Shown: positions 53,662 to 64,000 of the stretch, in pieces
How positions within the stretch are numbered: the first letter of the stretch is position 1
Layout of the letters: each line of letters opens with the position of its first letter
DNA from: an uncultured Candidatus Binatia bacterium
Lineage (GTDB): Bacteria; Desulfobacterota; Binatia; UBA9968; JAJDTQ01
Assembly (NCBI GenBank): GCA_964291295.2
Contig: OZ219754.1
Location: 1,408,001 to 1,472,000 of the forward strand
Direction: 5' to 3'
DNA length: 64,000 bases
Position numbers and translations under genes: made by a program
The notes under the pieces: model-generated
Seen by the model: the letters and a program-made list of their open reading frames with translations, nothing else
Database searches by the model: none
Told to the model about the DNA's origin: nothing

Positions 53662-53691
53662 TTGACACCGCCGCCGCCCCGGAGATATGAT
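53662..53691 (+). promoter_or_regulatory. Putative sigma70 promoter of the kdsB-pyrG operon
   Basis: TTGACA-18 nt-TATGAT. Confidence 0.55.
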
Positions 53692-53840
53692 GAAACCAGA
53701 CCTCCGCACGGGCGGGCACGCGGGGTTCGCCTCGCCGCAGCCTCGCCGCATGTTGCCGCGACGCTGCCGCGACACATGCCATGCTCGTGAATGCCACGCT
53801 CGCAGCTTCCATGCCCACATCTGTCATGCCCGCGGCTTCC

Positions 53841-54588
53841 ATGTCCGTGGTCGCCATCATACCGGCGCGTTACGGGTCCACGCGGTTTCCCGGAAAACCG
53901 CTGGCCAGGATCGGTACGAAGCCCATGATTCAGCACGTCTACGAGAGCGCCGCCGCCGCCGACCTGGTGCACCGGACCGTGGTGGCCACGGACGATGCGC
54001 GGATCCGGGATGCGGTGCGGGCTTTCGGCGGGGAGGCGGTGATCACGTCGAAAGGTCACTTGAGCGGCACGGACCGGTTGGCCGAGGTCGCCGGCGGTCT
54101 GCAGGCCCAGTGGATCGTCAACGTGCAGGGAGACCTGCCGTTCATCCAGCCGGAGACCATCCGCAGGAGCGTCGAGTGCCTGGGGCGGGAGCCGGCGGCG
54201 CCCATGGCCACGGCGCGCACTGCCATCACGTCGGAACGGGAGTTCCTGGACCGCAACGTGGTCAAGGTGGTGACCGACCGGGAGGGGTTTGCCTGCTACT
54301 TCTCCCGCGCTCCCATCCCGTTTCACCGGAACCCGCCGGCGCCGCCCGCGCGGTGGGGCCATCGCCACCTGGGCATCTACGTGTACCGGCGGGATTTCCT
54401 GTTGCGCATCGCCGCCATGCCCGCGGTGGCGCTGGAGCTCGCCGAGGGGCTGGAGCAGCTGCGGGCGCTTCACTACGGTTTTCGTATCCGGGTCGCGGAC
54501 GTGGTGGAAACGGGTGTCGAGGTGGACACGCCGGAGGATCTGGGACGGGCGGAGGCGTACTGGAGCCGGCTCCACGCGGGGGAGAGCG

Positions 54589-54596
<8 letters not shown>
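53841..54596 (+). CDS. kdsB: CMP-Kdo synthetase
   Basis: [35 protein letters not shown]. Confidence 0.95.
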
Positions 54597-56243
<1,647 letters not shown>

Positions 56244-56247
<4 letters not shown>

Positions 56248-57080
56248 CCGCCGCCGAGGTGCCTGTCGGCAACATCCGCCTCGGGGGCGGCCGGCCGCTG
56301 GTGCTGATCGCCGGTTCCTGCGTCATCGAGAGTCGGGACTCGGCGCTGCGGCACGCGGCCCGTCTGCGGGAGCTGACCGCGCGCCTGGGCATCCCCTTCG
56401 TCTACAAGTCGTCCTACGACAAGGCCAACCGCACGTCGCTGGAGTCGTTTCGCGGCCCGGGGCTCGACGAGGGGCTGCGTATCCTCGGCGACATCAAGCG
56501 GGAGCTTGACGTTCCGGTGCTCACCGACGTGCACGAGCCGGACCAGATCGGCCCGGCTTGCGAGGTCGTGGACGTGGTCCAGATCCCGGCGTTTCTCTGC
56601 CGGCAGACGGACTTCGTGACGGCGGTGGCCCGCGCCGCCAAGGTGGTGAACGTGAAGAAGGGCCAGTTCCTGGCGCCCTGGGACATCCGCAACGTGGCGG
56701 CCAAGGTGGTGGCGGCGGGAAACCACAACCTGCTGCTGACCGAGCGCGGGGTCTCCTTCGGCTACAACAACCTGGTGTCGGACATGCGCTCGCTGGTGAT
56801 CATGCGCGAGACCGGGTTCCCGGTGGTGTTCGACGCCACCCACAGCCTGCAGCTGCCGGGCGGCCTGGGATCGGCCTCCGGCGGCGACCGCCAGTTCATC
56901 GCGCCGCTGGCGCGGGCCGGGGCGGCGGTGGGCGTGGACGGCCTGTTCATGGAAGTTCACGAGGAGCCGGCCCGGGCCCTGAGCGACGGTCCCACTTCCT
57001 TCCCCCTGGAGGCGCTGGACGATCTGCTGAGGATGGTCAAGGACATCGATGACCGGGTCAAGGCGCACGGGTTCCGGTGA
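56244..57080 (+). CDS. kdsA: Kdo-8-phosphate synthase
   Basis: [36 protein letters not shown]. Confidence 0.96.
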
Positions 57081-57093
57081 CATGGGCGGCGGG

Positions 57094-58068
57094 ATGAACG
57101 CGGTTCAAAGGGCTCGCGAGGTGCTGGACATCGAGATCGGCGGCATCGCCGCGGCCCGGGGCCGCGTCGGTGAAGCCTTTGTCCGCGCGGTGGGCGTCCT
57201 GCACGACTGTACCGGCAAGGTCATCGTGACCGGGGTGGGCAAGTCGGGCCTTGTCTGTCACAAGATCGCGGCCACCCTGGCCAGCACCGGGACACCGTCG
57301 TTCTTTCTCCACGCGGCGGAGGCGAGCCACGGCGACCTGGGCATGATCATGCGGGACGATGTGGTGCTGGCGGTCTCCAACAGCGGCGAGTCGGAGGAGA
57401 TCCTGAAGATGCTGCCGCTCATCAAGCGGTGGCGCCTCGAACTGATTGCCATGACAGGCAATGCGCGGTCGTCGCTGGGCCTTGCGGCCGACGTGGTCCT
57501 CGACGTCGGCGTGCCCGAGGAGGCCTGCCCACTGGGGCTGTCGCCCACCGCCAGCACCACGGCGGCCCTGGCCATGGGCGACGCCCTCGCGGTGGTGCTG
57601 CTGGAACGCCGGGGATTCAAGACCGAAGACTTCCTGCTCCGCCACCCCGGGGGCGCGCTCGGGCGCAAGCTGCTGCTCCGCACCGGAGATCTGATGCACG
57701 GCGGCGAGGAGATACCGTTGGTGTCCGAGGAGACGCCGCTCAAGGATATCCTGTTGGAGATCACATCGAAGCGGCTGGGCGTGACTGGTGTGGTCGGCGC
57801 CGAGTCGGCGCTGGTGGGCATCATTACCGACGGCGACCTGCGGCGCTGTCTCGCCCGGGTCGGGGCCGGGGCGGACATCCTGGAGCGCAGGGCCGCCGAT
57901 ATCATGACGCGCAACCCCAAGACCATCCGCGGCGACTCGCTGGCGGTGGAAGCCGCCGCGATGATGGAGAAGTTCTCGATCACGGCCCTCTTCATCAAGG
58001 CCGAGGACTCCGAGCGGCCGCGGGGGATCATCCACCTCCATGATCTGCTCAAGGCCGGCATCGTCTGA
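57094..58068 (+). CDS. kdsD: Arabinose-5-phosphate isomerase (KdsD/KpsF, SIS + CBS)
   Basis: TGVGKSG, EASHGDLG, HPGGALG, CBS pair. Confidence 0.94.
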   Translation: MNAVQRAREVLDIEIGGIAAARGRVGEAFVRAVGVLHDCTGKVIVTGVGKSGLVCHKIAATLASTGTPSFFLHAAEASHGDLGMIMRDDVVLAVSNSGESEEILKMLPLIKRWRLELIAMTGNARSSLGLAADVVLDVGVPEEACPLGLSPTASTTAALAMGDALAVVLLERRGFKTEDFLLRHPGGALGRKLLLRTGDLMHGGEEIPLVSEETPLKDILLEITSKRLGVTGVVGAESALVGIITDGDLRRCLARVGAGADILERRAADIMTRNPKTIRGDSLAVEAAAMMEKFSITALFIKAEDSERPRGIIHLHDLLKAGIV

Positions 58069-58173
58069 ACGGTTGCGCCGAAAGCGCGGAGCGGGCCGGC
58101 GGGCCGGGCCCGTCGGACGCGGGCAGGAACGGCGGCTGGCGGCGCCGTCCTCGTGGCTGCAACTTTACACTCC

Positions 58174-58797
58174 ATGGCGGAATTGGTATCTCGAAACAAG
58201 TGGCCCGTGCCCATGCGGTCCAGACGGTTGCTGTTCCTGGTCGTGCTGGCCGCGGGTATGATTTTCGTTGCCGTCGAGGTCGCCCGGCACCTGCGGGAGC
58301 AGGCGACGCGGGCACCTTGGGGGCTGCTGGAATTCACTCCCGGGGTGCCCCTGCAGGTAAGGAACTTTCACCGGAGCATGATCGAGGACGGCCGGAAGGC
58401 ATGGGAGATCAAGGGAGCCGAGGCCACCTATTTCAAGGCCGAGGAGCGGGCCCGGGTCCGTCGCCCGCGGCTGGTCTTCCACCGGGACAATGGCGGGACA
58501 CTGGCGGCCCGGGGCCGGGAAGGGAACGTCTTTCTGCCGGGCGGGCGCCTGCAACGGGCGGTTCTCGACGGTGCGGTGGAGATCACCGGGCGGGAAGCGA
58601 GATTTCGGACCGACAGGCTCGTCTACGTCCGCACAGGCGACCGTATCGTCTGCCCCGGCAGGGTCTGGGCGGTGGTGGACGGCGTGGAGATCGAGGGCGA
58701 CCACATGACCTACGCGCTCGCGAAAGACATCCTCAAGCTTCGGGGCGCCGTGAAGACCACCTTCCGCGGCGGCCTGAAGGCGGCCACCGGCTTGTAG
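58174..58797 (+). CDS. lptC: LPS export protein LptC (start uncertain)
   Basis: N-terminal TM plus beta-jellyroll-like region; position between kdsD and lptA. Confidence 0.72.
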   Translation: MAELVSRNKWPVPMRSRRLLFLVVLAAGMIFVAVEVARHLREQATRAPWGLLEFTPGVPLQVRNFHRSMIEDGRKAWEIKGAEATYFKAEERARVRRPRLVFHRDNGGTLAARGREGNVFLPGGRLQRAVLDGAVEITGREARFRTDRLVYVRTGDRIVCPGRVWAVVDGVEIEGDHMTYALAKDILKLRGAVKTTFRGGLKAATGL

Positions 58798-58849
58798 GAG
58801 CCGGGTCGAAGGCCGTATGTTCGGATCTCTCGGTGGCCGGGACGGCGCG

Positions 58850-59398
58850 ATGACCGGAAGGGACGGATGCCGTGTCGGCCTGCGCCGGTTGGGGTGCATC
58901 CTGGCGGTGGCCCTGCTCCTGTCGGCGCCCGTGACCCGGGCGGCGGGTGCCGATGGCCGCGGCCCGGAGCCGCCCGCCCGGGGCCTTTTCGCGGACAAGG
59001 ATACGCCCATCGAGATCACTGCGGATTCGATGGAACTCCAGCGCAAGACCGGCACCGTCACCTACAAGGGCAACGTGAGGGTGGTCCGCGACAATGTCCG
59101 CATCACCAGTCACGTGCTGTTCGCGCGCTATGACGCCAAGGATGGCGGATTGAAGAGCATCACCGCGGAGGGGGGGGTGCGGGTGCGCGACGGAGGCCGC
59201 GAGATGACCGGTGACAAGGCCGTTTTCGACGGCGAGGAAGAGACGGTCGTCGTGTCCGGCAACACCACCGTGCGCGAGGGCAACAACAGCGTCTCCGGCG
59301 ACCGCATCACCATCTACACGAAAGAGGACCGCATCCTGGTGGAGAACAGCGGCGGGCGCGTTCGGGCGGTGGTTTTCCCGGGGCAGTTGAATCGTTGA
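58850..59398 (+). CDS. lptA: LPS transport periplasmic protein LptA
   Basis: PIEITADSM, YKGNVRV, GDRITI, GRVRAV. Confidence 0.88.
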   Translation: MTGRDGCRVGLRRLGCILAVALLLSAPVTRAAGADGRGPEPPARGLFADKDTPIEITADSMELQRKTGTVTYKGNVRVVRDNVRITSHVLFARYDAKDGGLKSITAEGGVRVRDGGREMTGDKAVFDGEEETVVVSGNTTVREGNNSVSGDRITIYTKEDRILVENSGGRVRAVVFPGQLNR

Positions 59399-59422
59399 GG
59401 CATGGTTCAGGGCGCTGGCGCG

Positions 59423-60145
59423 ATGAGCGTGCTCCGGGCGGACGGTATCGTGAAGTCGTACCGCGGCCGGCGGGTCGTGGACCGGGTTGCACTTGAGGTC
59501 GGAAGCGGCGAGGTGGTCGGGCTGCTGGGGCCCAACGGAGCGGGGAAGACGACCCTGTTCCATATCCTGATCGGCTTGGTGCGCGCCGACGAAGGGAAGG
59601 TCACCCTGGCCGGGATGGACCTTACGACCGCCCCCATCTACCGCCGGGCCCGGGCAGGCATCAGCTATCTGCCCCAGGAGTCGTCGGTTTTCCGGGGTCT
59701 GACGGTCAGGCGGAACCTGCTGGCCATCATCGAGACCCTGGGACTGGGCAGGGCCGAGGAAGAGGAGCGGAGCCGGCGGCTGCTGCGGATGTTCGGTCTG
59801 GAACACCTGGCGGACCAGAAGGCCTACACGCTCTCGGGCGGTGAAAGACGGCGGGTGGAGATCGCCCGGGCGCTGGTGCTCTCGCCCTTCTTCGTACTGC
59901 TGGACGAACCTTTCACGGGCGTCGATCCCATCGCGCTGGCGGACATCAAGGATGTGATACGGCGACTGACCCAGGCCGGCATCGGGGTGCTGATAACGGA
60001 TCACAACGTCCGGGAGACCCTGGAGATCTGCAGCCGCGCCTACATCCTGAGCGAGGGCGTGGTGCTGGCCGAGGGGACGCCGGCCGACATCGCCTCCAGT
60101 GACCGTGCCCGCCAGGTGTACCTGGGCGAGGGATTCAGCCTGTAG
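59423..60145 (+). CDS. lptB: LPS export ABC ATPase LptB
   Basis: GPNGAGKTT, YLPQESSVF, LSGGERRRVEIAR, TDHNVRETL, VYLGEGF. Confidence 0.96.
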   Translation: MSVLRADGIVKSYRGRRVVDRVALEVGSGEVVGLLGPNGAGKTTLFHILIGLVRADEGKVTLAGMDLTTAPIYRRARAGISYLPQESSVFRGLTVRRNLLAIIETLGLGRAEEEERSRRLLRMFGLEHLADQKAYTLSGGERRRVEIARALVLSPFFVLLDEPFTGVDPIALADIKDVIRRLTQAGIGVLITDHNVRETLEICSRAYILSEGVVLAEGTPADIASSDRARQVYLGEGFSL

Positions 60146-60149
60146 TCCG

Positions 60150-61673
60150 ATGACACTCGATATCAAACTCGATATCAAGCTGGACCAGAAACTCGCGCCG
60201 CAACTGGTGATGACGCCCCAGTTGCAGCAGGCCATCCAGCTCCTTCAACTGTCCCATCTCGATCTGCAACAGCGTATCTCCCAGGAACTGCTGGAAAATC
60301 CGGCCCTTGAGGAGGTCCGGGACCAGGATTCCCCTGCGGAGAACGGATGCGAGCCCGATGCGGCCCGCGAGACGTTGATCACCGACCGGATCGCGGAATG
60401 GCAGGACTACCTGAACCATCACTCCAACTCGCGTCACGACATGAGGAGCGTCGACGTGGTGCGGGAGGAAGCCGACGTCCCCTCCCTGGAGAACACCGTG
60501 ACGCGTCCGGAGACGCTTCAGGAACATCTTTCGTGGCAGCTTCGCATGGCCGGACTGGACGAGGCCGATGAGCGCATCGCCATGTGCATCATCGGCAATC
60601 TGGACGAGCGGGGTTACCTGGAAGCGTCGGTGGAGGAGATCGGCGAGCTGGCCCGGGCCGCGCCCGAGGCGGTGGAGGCGGTGCTTGCGCGCGTCCAGTG
60701 TTTCGATCCGGTGGGGATCGCGGCCAGGGATCTGCGCGAGTGCCTGCGGGTGCAACTGCACAACGCCGGAATGGGAGACAGCGTGGCCGCGCGCGTGGTG
60801 GCGAAGCACCTGCGCCAGTTGGAGTACCGGCGCTACGATCGGATAGCGGCGAGTCTGAACGTCGGCCTCGATGAGGTGGTCCGGGCCGCCCGTCTCATTG
60901 CCTGCCTGGAGCCCAAGCCGGCCCGGGGCTTCGACCACGACGGGGTCCGCGCGATCATCCCCGACGTGGTGGTGCAGAAGGTCGCGGGAGAGTACGTCCT
61001 CTTCCTGAACGACGACGGCGTTCCGCCCCTGCGTGTCAGTCCGCTGGTGCGGCGGCTGGCCGGCCAACGGGGAGACGAGGAGCGCCGGGCCAGGGAATAT
61101 CTGGAGACCAGGGTTCGCGCCGCCACCTGGCTTATCAAGAGCATTCACTGGCGCCAGCAGACCCTGTATCGCGTCAGCGAGAGCATCTTCCGCTTCCAGC
61201 GGGAGTTCCTCGACCGCGGCATCGACGGTCTGAGACCGCTGGTGTTGCGCGAGGTGGCGGCGGAGCTGGGCATGCACCCGTCCACGGTCAGCCGCGCCAC
61301 CTCCAACAAGTACGCCCATACGCCGCAGGGCGTTTTCGAGTTGAAATTCTTCTTTCAAAGCGGCATCGTCCGAAACGACAGTTCCACCGTGGTATCCTCG
61401 GAGTCGGTGCGGAACACGATCCGGGACATGGTGGAGGCCGAGGATCCGGGAAAGCCCCTGAGCGACCAGGCGATCGCCGGCGGGTTGCAACGTCTCGGTT
61501 TCGATATCGCGCGCCGTACGGTTGCGAAGTACCGGGAGCAGCTCGGGATATTGCCGTCGGCGCGGCGGCGCAGACCGTGGGAAGGTCAGGGGGTTCGCAA
61601 GGGACGGGAAGATCGCGGGAGCGAGCCGACAAAGGGGGTAGAGGTTGCGAATCGCCGACGTTCTGGATCCTGA
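60150..61673 (+). CDS. rpoN: RNA polymerase sigma-54 factor
   Basis: MTPQLQQAI, HPSTVSRAT, RpoN box ARRTVAKYRE. Confidence 0.96.
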   Translation: MTLDIKLDIKLDQKLAPQLVMTPQLQQAIQLLQLSHLDLQQRISQELLENPALEEVRDQDSPAENGCEPDAARETLITDRIAEWQDYLNHHSNSRHDMRSVDVVREEADVPSLENTVTRPETLQEHLSWQLRMAGLDEADERIAMCIIGNLDERGYLEASVEEIGELARAAPEAVEAVLARVQCFDPVGIAARDLRECLRVQLHNAGMGDSVAARVVAKHLRQLEYRRYDRIAASLNVGLDEVVRAARLIACLEPKPARGFDHDGVRAIIPDVVVQKVAGEYVLFLNDDGVPPLRVSPLVRRLAGQRGDEERRAREYLETRVRAATWLIKSIHWRQQTLYRVSESIFRFQREFLDRGIDGLRPLVLREVAAELGMHPSTVSRATSNKYAHTPQGVFELKFFFQSGIVRNDSSTVVSSESVRNTIRDMVEAEDPGKPLSDQAIAGGLQRLGFDIARRTVAKYREQLGILPSARRRRPWEGQGVRKGREDRGSEPTKGVEVANRRRSGS

Positions 61674-62106
61674 GGCCGTCATCCCGAGTCTGGAGGCGCG
61701 GGAGAAGTTTGCGGTGCTCGAAGAGATCGTGACGCGGGTGTCGAGTCACTGCGGATTCGCGGACTCCCGCCGCCTGCTGGAAGTGGTGCGTGCCCGGGAG
61801 CGCATATGCAGCACCGCCATCGGGGAGGGCGTGGCCATTCCCCACGGCAAGCTGCCCGGTCTGGAACGCGTGTTCGTCGCCTTCGCCCGCAGCCGCGAAG
61901 GGGTTGATTTCGACGCTCGGGACGGCGCGCCCACCCATCTCTTTTTCCTGCTGCTCGCACCCGAGGGCTCCACCTCCGAGCATCTGAGCGCCCTCGCCCG
62001 CGTGTCCCGGCTGGTCAAGGACGCATCGCTCAGGGAGCACCTGATGCGCGTCCAGACCCCCGAAGAGGTGGTGAGCCTCATCAAGGAGAAGGAAAGAGAC
62101 CTCTGA
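61645..62106 (+). CDS. ptsN: PTS EIIA (Ntr-type)
   Basis: RERICSTAIGEGVAIPH, HLSALARVSR. Confidence 0.88.
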   Translation: MRIADVLDPEAVIPSLEAREKFAVLEEIVTRVSSHCGFADSRRLLEVVRARERICSTAIGEGVAIPHGKLPGLERVFVAFARSREGVDFDARDGAPTHLFFLLLAPEGSTSEHLSALARVSRLVKDASLREHLMRVQTPEEVVSLIKEKERDL

Positions 62107-62207
62107 CACGGAGCCCGCGGCCGGTTGCCCGGCGGACACGGAAGCGGGTCTTCCCGGAATGGGTCTCCTCGGACGAGATCCCCTCGGAATGGGTCCGATC
62201 GAAGCGC

Positions 62208-63074
62208 ATGGCCGGCCTGCTTGACATCGTCGTCATCACCGGCATGTCGGGTTCCGGAAAGAACGCGGCCATGCGCGCGCTCGAGGACAACCGCTTCTTC
62301 TGCATCGACAACCTGCCGGTGCTGTTGATCCCCCGGTTCATCGACCTGTGCCAGGGCTACCGCGAAGGGATTCGCCGGGTCGCTTTCGGCATCGACCTCC
62401 GCGGCGCTCCGTTCATCGAAGGCTGGAAGGAAGTGCTGGCGGAGACCCGCCGGGCCGGCCACCACGTGGAGGTGGTCTTTCTGGATGCCAGCGACAAATT
62501 GCTGCTGCGCCGGTTCAGCGAGACGCGCCGGCCGCATCCGCTCCAGGGCGGCGGGCCGGTCCAGGAGGGCATCGCCCGGGAGCGGTCGGCGCTTACGGGG
62601 ATGCGGGACTCCGCGGACCGGGTCATCGACACCACCGGCCTCAACGTCCACGATCTCAGGACGGTCATCGAGGACTCGTGCCTGCGGGCGCTGGGGAAGC
62701 GGCAGATGTCGATCTTTCTCATCTCCTTCGGGTACCGGTACGGGATTCCCGCCGAAGCCGATCTGGTCATGGACGTGCGGTTCCTTCCGAACCCGTTTTT
62801 TGTTAGTGGGTTGGAGGCCAAGAGCGGATTGGCTCCGGAAGTACGGGATTTCGTGCTCGGCCGCGCGGAGACGGGCGCGTTCGTGGAGCGCATGAACGCG
62901 CTGCTCGATTTCACGCTGCCCAACTACGAACGCGAAGGCAAGAGCAATCTGACCCTGGCTTTCGGCTGTACCGGCGGCAGGCACAGGTCGGTGGTGCTGG
63001 CCGCCGAGTTTGCGCGGCGGCTTGAGGGGACCCCGTGGCGCATTCGGTTGAAGCACCGGGATATTGACAGATGA
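62208..63074 (+). CDS. rapZ: RNase adapter RapZ (YhbJ)
   Basis: GMSGSGK, DNLP, RRPHPL, DVRFLPNP, GCTGGRHRSV. Confidence 0.95.
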   Translation: MAGLLDIVVITGMSGSGKNAAMRALEDNRFFCIDNLPVLLIPRFIDLCQGYREGIRRVAFGIDLRGAPFIEGWKEVLAETRRAGHHVEVVFLDASDKLLLRRFSETRRPHPLQGGGPVQEGIARERSALTGMRDSADRVIDTTGLNVHDLRTVIEDSCLRALGKRQMSIFLISFGYRYGIPAEADLVMDVRFLPNPFFVSGLEAKSGLAPEVRDFVLGRAETGAFVERMNALLDFTLPNYEREGKSNLTLAFGCTGGRHRSVVLAAEFARRLEGTPWRIRLKHRDIDR

Positions 63075-63077
63075 TCG

Positions 63078-63353
63078 ATGCACCGCGTCAGGAAGAAGCT
63101 TGAGATAAAGAACCGTCTCGGGATGCACGCCCGCGCCTCCGCGCTGCTGGTGCAGACCGTCAACCGGTTCTCCTCGGAGGTGAAGATCTCCAAGGATCAC
63201 AATGTGGTGAACGCGCGCAGCATCATGGGCGTGCTGACGCTGGGTGCGGCCAAGGGCAGCAAGATCCGCGTCGAGACCCGGGGGGAGGACGCCCGGGAAG
63301 CGATGTGCGCCATCGAGCAGCTCATCGAGGACAAGTTTCGCGAGAGCGATTAG
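63078..63353 (+). CDS. HPr/NPr phosphocarrier
   Basis: GMHARAS and [11 protein letters not shown]. Confidence 0.93.
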   Translation: MHRVRKKLEIKNRLGMHARASALLVQTVNRFSSEVKISKDHNVVNARSIMGVLTLGAAKGSKIRVETRGEDAREAMCAIEQLIEDKFRESD

Positions 63354-63399
63354 GGGCGCGGCCGCCGCGTACCGGCGGAAGCTTCGGACAGGATCATTC

Positions 63400-64000
63400 A
63401 TGACCAACAAGGACTTTGTTTTCACTTCGGAATCGGTTTCCGAGGGGCATCCCGACAAGATGTGCGATCAGATCTCGGATGCGGTGCTGGACGCCCATCT
63501 GGCGCTGGATCCGGAAAGCCGGGTGGCGTGCGAGACGCTGGTCAAGAACGACCTGATCGTCATCGCCGGGGAGATCACCAGCAAGGGGAAGGTGGACTAC
63601 GAGAGCGTCGCACGCCGTGTGGCATTGGACATCGGCTATGATGATCCGGCCAAGGGTTTCGACGGCAACAAGTGCGAACTCCTGGTGAGGCTGGTGAACC
63701 AGTCCCCCAACATCTCCCAGGGGGTCACCGAGGGCCAGGGGCTGTTCAAGGAGCAGGGCGCCGGCGACCAGGGGATGATGTTCGGTTACGCCTGCGACGA
63801 GACCGAGGCGTTGATGCCGTTGCCGATCCAGCTCGCCCATGAACTGGTGAGCTATCTGGCCCGGCTCCGGAAGTCCGGCGAGGCGCCGTTTCTGCGCCCG
63901 GACTCCAAGTCGCAGGTGAGCGTCGCTTACCGGGACGGCAGGCCGCACCGCGTCACCAACGTGGTGGTGTCCACCCAGCACACGCCGGAGGTGCCCTACG
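63400..64000 (+). CDS. metK: S-adenosylmethionine synthetase (runs off the window)
   Basis: [33 protein letters not shown]. Confidence 0.97.
   Translation, partial: MTNKDFVFTSESVSEGHPDKMCDQISDAVLDAHLALDPESRVACETLVKNDLIVIAGEITSKGKVDYESVARRVALDIGYDDPAKGFDGNKCELLVRLVNQSPNISQGVTEGQGLFKEQGAGDQGMMFGYACDETEALMPLPIQLAHELVSYLARLRKSGEAPFLRPDSKSQVSVAYRDGRPHRVTNVVVSTQHTPEVPY

Overview
GC-rich bacterial chromosome segment. Gene content and order suggest a deltaproteobacterial-grade organism, possibly Binatia-like and host-associated (inference only). The housekeeping backbone is ffh-rpsP-khpA-rimM-trmD-rplS, groES/EL, a peptidoglycan-recycling trio (ldcA, serine hydrolase, mpl), rsmD-coaD, tRNA-Met, dapL-folK, trpEG, tldD/pmbA, a peptide ABC transporter and kdsB-pyrG-kdsA-kdsD-lptCAB-rpoN-ptsN-rapZ-HPr-metK. 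Two accessory regions interrupt it. The first (about 13.0-27.8 kb, after tRNA-Met) holds a decayed zeta-toxin-like pair, a Fic gene with upstream palindromes, cysD/cysNC, a lipidated subtilisin autotransporter and an IS-flanked lipoprotein + Slam cassette. The second (about 45-52.4 kb) is a tandem array of three TbpB-barrel lipoproteins plus an intact Slam. Main candidate system: a Slam/type XI surface-display family of four stalked TbpB-like lipoproteins with clustered non-synonymous variation, reciprocal inactivation between the two loci, and a TTGACA-GT(G)15-TAAAGT promoter whose 17-nt spacer is mostly a G tract (possible phase variation). Also notable: a probable selenocysteine-containing OsmC-like protein split by the ORF caller, an archaeal-type GAPDH-like gene, an IS5-type MITE pair, and many 11-17 nt tandem duplications at gene boundaries. 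All calls come from reading motifs; no database searches were run.
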